58,042 nucleotides of DNA from Acutalibacteraceae bacterium (GCA_045613625.1 JAZLBI010000132.1:1-58042); one strand, 5' to 3'; shown: positions 45,172 through 54,919, numbered from the stretch's first letter. Program-made: numbers and translations. The notes: generated from the sequence alone by a model not told the origin.

Positions 45172-46749
45172 GTGGAAGAAAATAACAAACGCACTCTTGA
45201 TGAAAACACTCAGGGCTTAAGTGTTGATTATGAAAAAGGTGTTAAGAATCCGCTTCTTATTAACCGTCGCTACGTTGGGCGCAGAGAGCGTCTGGGTTAT
45301 CTTCTCAATGATGTTTCGGGAAGCTTCAATATTGATAAATATAAAGACCGTTTCATTTATGATATTGTTTTGCTCGATTTCGATTTTTTGGCAATTTTCG
45401 GTCTGTTTTCGGGCTTGTGGGATGTTTTGAACGACACCTTTATCGGCGTTATCGTTGACCGCACCCGCACCCGTTGGGGCAAGTTCAAGCCGTATATATT
45501 GCTCGGTAAAATTCCTCTTACGCTCATCGGTTTGTGGTATTGGTTTATGCCACTTGTTTTTTCTGGCACATCTGCCGATTATGCGCCGAAGCTTATGTTT
45601 TATGCGATTTTCAGCATAATTTGCGAAACGGCAGGAACATTTACCGCGATTGCGGGAACGGGATTTATGTCAACAATAACGCCCGACCCGCTTGAAAGAA
45701 CAAGTCTGATAACAATGGCAAAGCTGTTTTCGGGTCTGATAGGCGAAAAGCTTCCCGAGCTTGCCTTCGGTCTTTTGCTTGACCTTGTAAACAATCAGGT
45801 TGTTCAGTGGAACAGAACAAGCCTTTTCATCGGTTTCGGTATATTCACCGCCGTTGCGGGCTGTGCAATGTCGTTCTATTTCATATGCGTAACAAAAGAA
45901 AGAGTTACCCAGTCCATCGAAAAGCCGAGTGTTGTTCAGGGTCTTAAGGCTATTCTTAACAACAGACCCATTCTGCTCTATACTCTTTCGGAATTCCTTG
46001 CAGGTTTTACCGTAAGCAAGAGCAGAATAAACTACTATATTGACGTTCTCGGTTCAGCAACATATCAGACAATCGTTGGCATTCCCGCATCTCCCATTTC
46101 AACGATCAGCTATGCTTTTATAGCACCGCTGAGAAAGAAACTGTCAACAAAGGCAATCTGGATTCTTGAAGATGTCTGGACCGATGCTTGCTGGATGATG
46201 GTTTTCGGCATAGGCTCAATCGGCGGAATGAAAAACGGTTTATATAAGAATAAATGGGTTATGCTTCCTCTTATGGCGATTGAAGAAATGCTTGAAATGT
46301 GCGTTTACGGTCTGCGTAATGTTATTCCCGATGAAATACTCAACGAAGCAATGGATTATTGCGAATGGAAAAACGGCTACCGTGCAGAGGCTATGACGGG
46401 CGTTGCAAGAGACCTTGTAAAGAAGCTTCAGGGCATTGTTATGGGCTCTATTCAGAATTTTATTATGAAGAGAATCGGCTATGTTCAGGGTCTTTCAATC
46501 GGCACTCAGACCGACAGAACAAAATGGTGGATTTTCGCAATGGGTACGGGTATTCCCGTTATCACGGGCGCGCTCGGAATTATCCCCAAATTCTTCCATA
46601 ACCTTAACGGTGAGAAGAGAGATAAAATGTATCAGGAGCTTTTTGCAAGGCGCGAAGCGATGCGAATCGCAATTGAAAGCGCAAAGGATGCCGAAGAGGT
46701 TGAAAGAATCGCAAAGGCACAGATCAATATTGAATATACTCAGAATTAA
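45172..46749 (+). CDS. MFS transporter, MelB/GPH (MFS_2)-like
   Basis: WDVLND..IG..VDRTRTRWGKFKPY, ITPDP.ER, TKERV, DYCEWKNGYR.E; GTG start after GGAGG. Confidence 0.88.
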   Translation: MEENNKRTLDENTQGLSVDYEKGVKNPLLINRRYVGRRERLGYLLNDVSGSFNIDKYKDRFIYDIVLLDFDFLAIFGLFSGLWDVLNDTFIGVIVDRTRTRWGKFKPYILLGKIPLTLIGLWYWFMPLVFSGTSADYAPKLMFYAIFSIICETAGTFTAIAGTGFMSTITPDPLERTSLITMAKLFSGLIGEKLPELAFGLLLDLVNNQVVQWNRTSLFIGFGIFTAVAGCAMSFYFICVTKERVTQSIEKPSVVQGLKAILNNRPILLYTLSEFLAGFTVSKSRINYYIDVLGSATYQTIVGIPASPISTISYAFIAPLRKKLSTKAIWILEDVWTDACWMMVFGIGSIGGMKNGLYKNKWVMLPLMAIEEMLEMCVYGLRNVIPDEILNEAMDYCEWKNGYRAEAMTGVARDLVKKLQGIVMGSIQNFIMKRIGYVQGLSIGTQTDRTKWWIFAMGTGIPVITGALGIIPKFFHNLNGEKRDKMYQELFARREAMRIAIESAKDAEEVERIAKAQINIEYTQN

Positions 46750-46754
46750 AAGAT

Positions 46755-46787
46755 TAACGGGTCGGAATTTCCGACCCGTTAGTTTTT
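46755..46787 (+). terminator. Intrinsic terminator
   Basis: TAACGGGTCGGA-ATT-TCCGACCCGTTA then GTTTTT. Confidence 0.85.
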
Positions 46788-46883
46788 ATCGCATCATAAA
46801 GAAAGCCGATTGAAGAGCTTGGACGATGAGCTTCTTTTAAATTGAATTTGTTATATCTTTTGATATTTGTCAAGAGTTTTTTG

Positions 46884-46930
46884 AAAAAATTCACCGAAAA
46901 TCCTCGGGACAGGGGATTTTCGGTGAAAAA
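46884..46930 (-). terminator. Intrinsic terminator of surface-protein gene
   Basis: TTCACCGAAAATCC...GGATTTTCGGTGAA flanked by A runs on the plus strand. Confidence 0.75.
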
Positions 46931-46933
46931 CAA

Positions 46934-48166
46934 TTATTTATCCTTTTTCTTTTTTGTAAAGATTATTGCAGCTGCCGCAGAAACTGCAAGGCTTGCAAGA
47001 GCGGCAATGCCGAGAGCAGAAGAACCTGTTTCGGGAATGTCGGTTTCGCTCTTTGACCATACGGCATCAAAGGTAAGGTCGTTTTTCGGCATTTTCGAAG
47101 GAACATCGGGGTTCCAGCCAACAAAATCATAGCCTTCTTTTTCAGGCTCAGCGGGCACGGTTATTTTTGAGCCTGCAGCAATGTTATAGGTTTTATAAAC
47201 CTTTCCGTCAACTTTATAGGTTGCTGTGTAGGTTTTGTTTACGTTTCCGATAACGGACGAAAGACCGATAACAGCAATGATTCCGCCAACTATCGAAAGA
47301 CCTGTTATTGCGGCGCCGACACCCGCAACAATTGCGCCTGCGATGAGCGTTCCGCCGATAACAACGGTAACGAAATCCTTGTCAACTTCATACTGTGCTT
47401 CAAAAACAAGATCTTCTGCAGGCATTTCAACAGGAATCTCGGGGCTCCAGCCCGTGAATTTATGGCCGAATTTCTTGGGGTCTGTTTCAGGCTTCGGCAC
47501 CTTGTCGCCTTCTTTCACTTCAAAAGCTTCATAGGTCTTGCCTTCTGACATATAAACAACATTGCCGTTTCTGAGCCATTTTGCTGTGAATGTTATATCT
47601 TCGGCGGGCACGGTTGAATGGTCAAAAACATTTTTGCCGCTTTCATCAAACCAACCCGCAAAAACATAGCCTTCTTTTGCAGGGTCGGCGGGCACTGTTT
47701 CGGTCATACTCGAGCCGAAGGGCGCAGTTTTTTTGCCGATTTCGGTGCCGTCTGAAATGTAGCTTACGGTGATATCCTTAAGCTTCCATGACGCAGAAGC
47801 TTCAAGGTCTGTTTCGGGCATTGTTTCAGGCAGCTTATCCTGCTTTTCGTTAATAACCCATCCGTTGAAGATATGACCCTCTGGCGCCTTCGGAGCCTCA
47901 GGGGGCACAATTTTTTCGCCCGCTTTATAGGTCTGAGTGATGCTGAATATCTGTCCGTTCGAATAATAGGTTATTTTGTATTCTTTTGCATCGCCTGTTT
48001 CAGGCTCTGTTCCTGTTTCGGGCTTGGTTTCGCTTTCGGTTGCAGCTTCAGTCAGCTGTTCAACCGTTGTTTCTTCGTCGGCCGCAAAGCCCGAAAGGGG
48101 AGTTGCGGTCAGAACAAAAGCAAGCGCCACAAACACTGCGGTCAGCTTTTTTAATCTTTTTTTCAT
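46934..48166 (-). CDS. Cell-surface protein with four InlB B-type (Flg_new-like) repeats and IPETG sortase-like signal
   Basis: Signal peptide; repeats P.K.G..F.GW....MP..D..F.A.W; C-terminal IPETG, hydrophobic helix, KKKKDK. Confidence 0.82.
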   Translation of the reverse strand: MKKRLKKLTAVFVALAFVLTATPLSGFAADEETTVEQLTEAATESETKPETGTEPETGDAKEYKITYYSNGQIFSITQTYKAGEKIVPPEAPKAPEGHIFNGWVINEKQDKLPETMPETDLEASASWKLKDITVSYISDGTEIGKKTAPFGSSMTETVPADPAKEGYVFAGWFDESGKNVFDHSTVPAEDITFTAKWLRNGNVVYMSEGKTYEAFEVKEGDKVPKPETDPKKFGHKFTGWSPEIPVEMPAEDLVFEAQYEVDKDFVTVVIGGTLIAGAIVAGVGAAITGLSIVGGIIAVIGLSSVIGNVNKTYTATYKVDGKVYKTYNIAAGSKITVPAEPEKEGYDFVGWNPDVPSKMPKNDLTFDAVWSKSETDIPETGSSALGIAALASLAVSAAAAIIFTKKKKDK

Positions 48167-48398
48167 AAATTACCTCCGTTTTATGTGTTCTTTAAAGATA
48201 CATAATAAAATAATGTTGCGGTGTCCCCGTCCGCTGAAGTATCTTTAAATACGATAAAGATTATACTTGCTTTGCAGTGTCTGTTCTACATATTTGCTGT
48301 TAAAATAGTGTGAACGGCAGTAAAATATTTTGCGAACAGAAAATGAATTTTTGTGAAGGTAAACGGATAATTGTTCAAATTTTTACAGCTGAGGAATA

Positions 48399-49013
48399 TC
48401 ACGGAAGTTTATCGGTTATCGGTTTTTCTTCGCCGTCGATAAGCCTTATGAAATTCGGTATATGCAATATTATTATTACCGCCGAACAGGCGGCTGAAAA
48501 AATAAAGTTTTCGATTCTGTTTGCGTTTGAAAGAAAAAAGGTAAGAACAGGATATATTGCGGCGCAGATTCCCGAAGCAAGAGAAACGATTTTTTTTGAG
48601 AAAACGATAACAGCAAAAACCGCAAGCAGAATAAGTGCAACAAGAGGCATAACTCCCGTTGCGGCTCCCGCGGCGGTTGCAACGCCTTTTCCGCCTCTGA
48701 AACGGAAGAAAACGGGGAAGCAATGCCCCGCCTGAACAAAAAATCCCGCAAGAAGCATACATTCATAGGGTGCATCAAGAAAAAAAACAAGGCATTTTGC
48801 AGCTGCAACTGTAATCAGCCCCTTTGAAAAATCCAGAAAAAAAACAAGGGCGGCGGCTTTTTTGCCGAAGCTTCGAAGCGTGTTTGTTGCTCCTGCATTT
48901 CCGCTCCCTTCACTGCGTATATCCTTTCCGAAAAATTTTTTTGAAATGATAACCGATGTGTTTGCGCTGCCGATAAGGTATGCGCCAATTGAACATAAAA
49001 TCATAAATAACAT
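48399..49013 (-). CDS. plsY: Glycerol-3-phosphate acyltransferase
   Basis: YLIGS, DIR..GSGNAGATN.LR, D..KG, GH.FP.F..F.GGKGVAT, H..N..RL..G.E. Confidence 0.94.
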   Translation of the reverse strand: MLFMILCSIGAYLIGSANTSVIISKKFFGKDIRSEGSGNAGATNTLRSFGKKAAALVFFLDFSKGLITVAAAKCLVFFLDAPYECMLLAGFFVQAGHCFPVFFRFRGGKGVATAAGAATGVMPLVALILLAVFAVIVFSKKIVSLASGICAAIYPVLTFFLSNANRIENFIFSAACSAVIIILHIPNFIRLIDGEEKPITDKLP

Positions 49014-49055
49014 AAAAAATCACCCAATGGATATTGTATCCATCGGGTGAAAAAA
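49014..49055 (-). terminator. Terminator-like hairpin containing the plsY SD
   Basis: Minus strand TCACCCGATGGATA-CAA-TATCCATTGGGTGA, T run, then ATG. Confidence 0.55.
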
Positions 49056-49658
49056 TTATTTATTGACTTTTTGCCGTATTTCTTCGATGCTCATTTCAGT
49101 CAGAACACCTTTTTGGGCGAGAAAACATTTCTGACCGAGTTCAAATATATGTATGTCATTCTTTAAAGAATCCGAATATACATTTATATATTCCGCATCG
49201 GGAAGCGCCTCGGCAAGCCTTTTCGGTTTTTGTTTATCCTTGCAGTTGAAACCGTCAATTCTGCCCGTTTTGGGGTTCATTCTTGTTGCAATGAGCACAT
49301 CAACCTCATATTTCTCGCAAATCGGTCTGAGGAAAAATTCGGGTGAAGCGGAGCAGACAACAATCGGTCTTTTTTCTCTGTTTTCAGGTTCGAAAATCGG
49401 ATAAATCTTTTTTTGCTGATTCTTCCAGAATTTTTCTGCCATTTTTTCGCCGTCAATAAAACGGAGAAATGAAAAACATCTGCCTTTGAACTGATCGCCG
49501 AATCCGAGAAAGAAAAGAATGAGATTGAGCAAAAGCCACGGTGCAAGAACAATAAGATAAGGTCTGTGAATCAGACAGTAAAACAGAAACACCGTTTCGG
49601 AATCAACGGGATATACCGTTTTATCAAAATCATAAAGGTCGTATTTGTTATCAGGCAT
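49056..49658 (-). CDS. HAD-IB family phosphatase
   Basis: YDFDKT (DxDxT), CSASPE, NC....K, YSDS..D. Confidence 0.85.
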   Translation of the reverse strand: MPDNKYDLYDFDKTVYPVDSETVFLFYCLIHRPYLIVLAPWLLLNLILFFLGFGDQFKGRCFSFLRFIDGEKMAEKFWKNQQKKIYPIFEPENREKRPIVVCSASPEFFLRPICEKYEVDVLIATRMNPKTGRIDGFNCKDKQKPKRLAEALPDAEYINVYSDSLKNDIHIFELGQKCFLAQKGVLTEMSIEEIRQKVNK

Positions 49659-51942
49659 TGAAGGTTACCTTTTCGCCGCTGAGCTCAACTTCTGTTTCTT
49701 TTCCGTTGAGAACAATTGTGAATTTGCCCTTGCCTTCAAGGCTGTAGCTTGCTACTTTGCCGTTTTTCCATTCGATATCAACAACAACGCCGCCCTTTGC
49801 AAGAAGACCGCTTACCTTGCCGCTTTTCCATGCTGAGGGAAGAGCGGGAAGAATATAGATTCTTCCGTTATAGCTCTGCATAAGCATTTCTGTTATGCCG
49901 CTTACAAAACCGAAATTGCCGTCAATCTGGAAGGGGGGATGAGCATCGAAAAGGTTTTCGTATGTGCCGCCGCCCTTTGTGTAATTTATGCCGATGCTCT
50001 TAACGGGGCGAAGCTGAAGATCAATAAGCTTGAGAGCGTGGTCGCCGTCAAAAAGTCTTGCCCAGAAATTGATTTTCCAGCCAAGGCTCCAGCCTGTGCC
50101 GTTATCGCCTCTGCGTTCAAGGGTTCTGCGGCAGGCCTATGCAAGCTCGGGTGTTCCGTCAACGGTGATGAGTCTTGCGGGATGAAGAGCATAAAGATGA
50201 GAAACGTGTCTGTGGTGCATCTCAATTTCGGCGTATTCTTCGTCGAATTCAAGAAGCTGACCGTCGCTTCCGATTTTGAAATCTGCCATATTTGCAAGAG
50301 TGTTTTTGAGCGTTGCGGCAAAATCTGCATCGATGCCGAGAATTTCACAGCTCTTGATGCAGTTTTCGAAAAGCTCGCGTGCAATTGACATTGACATTGT
50401 TGAATATCTTGCAACGCAGCAGGGCTTGCCTTCATATTCAAATGAGTTTTCGGGTGAAGTGCCGGGGGCGAGAACAAGCTTGCCTTCGTGTTCTGTCATA
50501 ATGTCAATATAGAATTCAGCCGCTTTTTTCATAACGGGATATGCGGTATCTCTGAGGTAATCAACATCGTTTGTGTATTCATAATGCTCAAAAAGATGCT
50601 CGCAAAGCCAGCCTGATGAGCCGTGCCAGAATGCCCACTGAGCACTGCCTGCAACGGGAGTTGAAAGTCTCCAGAGGTCAACGTTATGGTGTGAAGTCCA
50701 GCCCTTTGCACCGTACTGACCTTCGGCTGCTCTTTCGCCGCTGATGCTCAGCTCTTTGACCATCTCGATAAGGGGATAGTTGATTTCAGGCATACGGCAC
50801 ATAAGAACAGGCCAATAGTTCATTTCAGTGTTGATGTTAACGGTGTAGTTTGAATGCCAGGGGGGAGTTATTCTGTCGTTCCAGATACCCTGAAGAGTTG
50901 AGGGCTGTGAGCCGATTCTTGATGATGAAATCGCAAGGTATCTGCCGTAGTTATAAACAAGAGTGATAAGCGAAATATCGCTCTTATCTTTTTTGTATGC
51001 AACAAGACGCTTGTTTGTGGGAATGTTTTCTTTGCCTTCGCCGATATCAAGAGTAACTCTGCCGTAAAGTTCGGTGTAATCGGCAATGTGAGCCTTCTTT
51101 TCGCTTTCATAGTCGCAGACTGCGGCGATTCTGTCCATACAGGGCTTGATATATTCCTTGCCGTCAACGAACGGATTTTTGTTCCAACCGTTGAAGCTTG
51201 TTTCGCTTGTAAAGAAAAGAACAGCTTCGGTTGCATCAGAAACAAAAAGCTTGTTTTCAACTGTTTTTGTGCTGCCGTTCGTGATAACCTTAACAACAGC
51301 TCTGAAACGCATTCCTCTCATTTCAGGTTCATCATAATATACCTTGTTGCTTGATTCGTTATCAACATTGTTTTCGCTGTGGCATTCGCCGTCAAGAATA
51401 ACGCTGTTGCCTTCAACGAAGCTGTTGCTGCGAAGCTTTGAAGTGAGCGAAACGCTGAAATTCATTTTGCCGCCGTCGCTTGTAAACTTTGCTGCGATGA
51501 TTTTTGAGGGATATGAAGCAAAATACTCCCTTTTGTATGTAACATCAGATCGGGTATATTCAACCGAAGAAATTGCGTTTTCAAGGTCGAGTTTTCTGAC
51601 ATAATTCTTTACTCTTCCCTTGCCGTCAAAATCAATTTCAAGGTTGCCGAGCGGCATATAAGCCTGGCTCCATGTGCTGTGGAAATTTGTTTCAATTTCC
51701 TCTTGTGCTTCATGAAGTCTGCCCGAAAGAGCGAGGTCGCGCGCTTTTCTGAAAGCTTCGGGAGCGCCTTCTTTAACTGTATTTTTGGGTCTGCCGTTCC
51801 ATAATTCGTCATGGTTGAGGCAAAGAATTTCTTTTGATGTTGAGCCGTAAATCATAGCTCCGAGAGTGCCGTTGCCTATGGGGAGGCTCTGAGTCCACGC
51901 TTTTGCAGGCGCATTATACCATAAAACTGTTGAAGATGACAT
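49651..51942 (-). pseudogene. GH95 alpha-L-fucosidase interrupted by one in-frame TAG (50137-50139)
   Basis: LPIGNG.LGAM, YGRYLAISSSR, LQGIWN, NINTEMNYW, HRHVSHLYAL; frame continues past TAG as ACRRTLERRGDNGTGWS...HPPFQIDGNFG...MLMQS...LPALP to TGA at 49651. Confidence 0.85.
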
Positions 51943-52114
51943 TTTTTGCTCTCCTTTATTGATATAAAAAGTTTTTATTATTATACACGAACACTTTAAA
52001 ACAGTCAATTGTTAAAAATGAAAGAAATCTTGCAAAAAAGCAAAAATCACTTGCATTTTAATTTTGATTGGTGTAAAATATATTTTTGTATGAGATTAAA
52101 AAAGAGGTATTTTT

Positions 52115-52987
52115 ATGTCCGAAAATTTTCAGGCAAAAATCGAAGAAGTGTACGGCAGTCTTTCGAAAGGTCACAAAAAAATTGCCGACTACATAAAATC
52201 AAACTATGAAAAGGCTTCGTTTATGACTGCTGCAAGCCTCGGCAAAGCTGTTGGTGTAAGCGAATCAACGGTTGTTCGTTTTGCGTCAAATGTTGGTTTT
52301 GACGGCTATCCCGAGCTTCAGAAGCATCTTCAGGAAATGGTAAAAAGCCATCTCACAAGTGTTCAGCGTATGGAAGTTGCCGCAAGCAGATTTGACGGCG
52401 ATGATTTCATCGATAACGCTTTTGCTGCCGATATCGATATGATAAAGGCAACAAGAGACGGCGTTTCAAGAGAAGCCTTTGAAAAGAGCGTTGAAGCAAT
52501 CAACAAGGCAAGAAAAATATATATTCTCGGCGTCAGAAGCTCAGCGGCGATAGCAAGCTTTGCGGCATTTTATTTCAGATATCTCTGCGATAATGTTGTT
52601 CTTATTGATACATCGTCGTCGAGCGAGCTTTTTGAGCAGATGTTCCGAATAAACAGCGAGGATGTCTGCATAGCAATAAGCTTCCCCAGATATTCAAATC
52701 AGACCGTAAAGGCGCTTTCGTTTGCCAAAGACAGAGGAGCGACCATAATTTCAATAACAGACGGCGCGATGTCTCCCATTGCTCCTTATGCAACCCATCT
52801 TCTTGTTGCAAAGAGCAATATGGTATCGTTTGTTGATTCACTTGTTGCGCCTCTGAGCCTGATCAATGCTCTTATTGCTGCGTGCGCAAGGCAGAAAAGC
52901 GATGTTGTTTACAGCAGATTCAAGGCGCTTGAAGAAATATGGGATGAATATCAGGTTTACCGTACGGGCGGGGAGGATAAAAAATGA
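52115..52987 (+). CDS. MurR/RpiR family transcriptional regulator
   Basis: LSK....IADYI, VSESTVVRFA..GF.GY HTH, SIS domain ISFPRYS. Confidence 0.92.
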   Translation: MSENFQAKIEEVYGSLSKGHKKIADYIKSNYEKASFMTAASLGKAVGVSESTVVRFASNVGFDGYPELQKHLQEMVKSHLTSVQRMEVAASRFDGDDFIDNAFAADIDMIKATRDGVSREAFEKSVEAINKARKIYILGVRSSAAIASFAAFYFRYLCDNVVLIDTSSSSELFEQMFRINSEDVCIAISFPRYSNQTVKALSFAKDRGATIISITDGAMSPIAPYATHLLVAKSNMVSFVDSLVAPLSLINALIAACARQKSDVVYSRFKALEEIWDEYQVYRTGGEDKK

Positions 52988-54252
52988 AAACTTCCGTTCT
53001 CGTTATAGGCGGCGGTGCGGCAGGTCTTATTGCGGCAGGCTCGTGTGCCTGTGAGGGTGTTGAAACACTCGTTCTTGAACGCAACGAAAAGCCTGCACGA
53101 AAGGTTATGATAACCGGCAAAGGAAGATGCAATGTTACGAATAATTGCAATTCTCTTCAGGAGCTTATTTCGAATGTACCCCGCAACGGCAGATTTTTAT
53201 ATGGCGCATTTTCGCGCTTTATGCCCTGCGATGTTATGGATTTCTTTGAAAGCAGGGGAGTTGAACTGAAAACAGAAAGAGGAAACAGAGTCTTTCCCGT
53301 TTCAGACAGCGCGGCGGATATAGTTGATGCGCTTCACGGCTACGCAAGAAGCAGAGCAAGAATTATGCGCGGCAGAGCAGTTGAACTTTTGTATGCCGAC
53401 GGCAAGATTAAAGGTGTTAAAACCGAAGACGGCGAAGAAATTCTTGCCGATAAGGTTATAATCGCAACGGGCGGTCTTTCATATCCGGGCACGGGTTCAA
53501 CCGGAGACGGCTATGAGCTTGCAAGGCAGGCGGGCCATAATATAACGGAAATCAATCCGTCGCTTGTTCCGCTTGAAATTCACGAAGGCTTCTGCAGTGA
53601 CCTTATGGGTCTTTCTCTGCGCAATTCCGCTATAAAGGTTGTTGATACCGAAAGCGGAAAAACAATTTATACGGATTTCGGCGAAATGCTTTTCACTCAT
53701 TTCGGAGTATCGGGGCCGATGATTCTCAGCGCATCTGCCCATATGAGAAATATGAAAAGCGGAAAATATAAAATATATATTGACCTTAAACCTGCATTGA
53801 CGGTTGAACAGCTTGATGCAAGAATTCTGCGTGATTTCAGCGAAAACACAAACAAAAATTTCATCAATGCTCTCAATTCGCTTTTGCCGAAAAAACTTGT
53901 TCCCGTAATTGTGAAGCTCAGCAAAATCGGGCTCACAACAAAGGTCAATCAGATAACAAAAGAGCAGCGCAAGGCGCTTGCAGAGCTTCTCAAAGGGCTG
54001 TGCATAACCGTTACGGGATTCAGACCCATTGCCGAAGCGATAATAACTTCGGGCGGTGTTGATGTTTCTCAGATAAATCCCAAAACAATGGAGTCAAAAT
54101 TAATTCAGGGGCTTTATTTTGCGGGTGAAGTTATTGATGCCGATGCGTATACCGGCGGCTTTAATCTTCAGATTGCATTCTCAACAGGCAGACTTGCGGG
54201 CTTGAGCGCAGCTGAAAAAATAAAAGAAGACAGGGAGCTTTATTATGAATAA
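52984..54252 (+). CDS. HI0933/YhiN/BaiN-like flavoprotein
   Basis: IGGGAAG, KV.ITGKGRCNVTN, ATGG.SYP.TGSTGDGY, GEMLFTHFG.SGP, TGGFNLQ.AFSTG. Confidence 0.92.
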   Translation: MKTSVLVIGGGAAGLIAAGSCACEGVETLVLERNEKPARKVMITGKGRCNVTNNCNSLQELISNVPRNGRFLYGAFSRFMPCDVMDFFESRGVELKTERGNRVFPVSDSAADIVDALHGYARSRARIMRGRAVELLYADGKIKGVKTEDGEEILADKVIIATGGLSYPGTGSTGDGYELARQAGHNITEINPSLVPLEIHEGFCSDLMGLSLRNSAIKVVDTESGKTIYTDFGEMLFTHFGVSGPMILSASAHMRNMKSGKYKIYIDLKPALTVEQLDARILRDFSENTNKNFINALNSLLPKKLVPVIVKLSKIGLTTKVNQITKEQRKALAELLKGLCITVTGFRPIAEAIITSGGVDVSQINPKTMESKLIQGLYFAGEVIDADAYTGGFNLQIAFSTGRLAGLSAAEKIKEDRELYYE

Positions 54253-54919
54253 TTCAATTATAAATGTTGCAATTGACGGGCCTGCCGGTGCGGGCAAAAG
54301 CACGGTTTCGCGTGCGGCTGCAAAAGCGATAGGATATATTTATGTTGATACGGGTGCGCTTTATCGCGCAGTTGGCGTCAATGCGCTCAGAAAAGGAATT
54401 GACACAAAAAATAAAACTGCTGTTGCGGCAAGTCTTTCAGATATCAGCGTTGATCTTGTTTTTGAAAACGGCGAGCAGAAGGTTTTGCTCAACGGTGAAA
54501 ATGTTTCAACTGAAATAAGAACTCCTCCCGCATCAATGGCGGCGTCTGATGTTTCGGCTGTGCCCGAGGTGCGCGCATTCCTTTTTGATTTGCAGAGAGA
54601 TATCGCAAAGAGAAACAACTGCATAATGGACGGCAGAGATATCGGCACTGTTGTGCTTCCCGATGCGAAGGTTAAAATCTTCCTTACCGCATCTCCCGAA
54701 GAGAGAGCAACAAGAAGATATAAGGAGCTTATCGAAAAAGGCACCGATGTTAAATATGAAGATGTTCTTTCAGAGCTTATCGAAAGAGACTATAATGATT
54801 CTCACCGTGAAATCGCTCCTCTCAAGCCCGCGGAAGACGGCGTTATACTCGACACAACCGGTCTTTCGCTTGAAGAATCCGTAAATGAGATTATCAGAAT
54901 TGTTAAGGAGAATATATAA
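54245..54919 (+). CDS. cmk: Cytidylate kinase
   Basis: AIDGPAGAGKST, DTGALYR, DGRDIGTVV.PDA, FLTASPEERA.RR. Confidence 0.97.
   Translation: MNNSIINVAIDGPAGAGKSTVSRAAAKAIGYIYVDTGALYRAVGVNALRKGIDTKNKTAVAASLSDISVDLVFENGEQKVLLNGENVSTEIRTPPASMAASDVSAVPEVRAFLFDLQRDIAKRNNCIMDGRDIGTVVLPDAKVKIFLTASPEERATRRYKELIEKGTDVKYEDVLSELIERDYNDSHREIAPLKPAEDGVILDTTGLSLEESVNEIIRIVKENI

Noticed and set aside
48167-48260. c-di-AMP or c-di-GMP riboswitch before the surface protein
   Set aside because: Conserved cores of those classes are not recognisable; kept only as an unclassified leader
49651-49887. 78-aa ORF MLMQSYNGR... as a separate gene
   Set aside because: It is the in-frame C-terminus of the TAG-interrupted GH95
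50137-50139. Genome-wide TAG reassignment
   Set aside because: TAG ends panT (31109) and the 17350 gene at plausible positions, and no other gene in the window appears split by TAG
52984-54252. Bile-acid reductase BaiN assignment
   Set aside because: Same family, but it sits in the widespread rpiR-flavoprotein-cmk-plsC-ispH housekeeping operon with no bai genes
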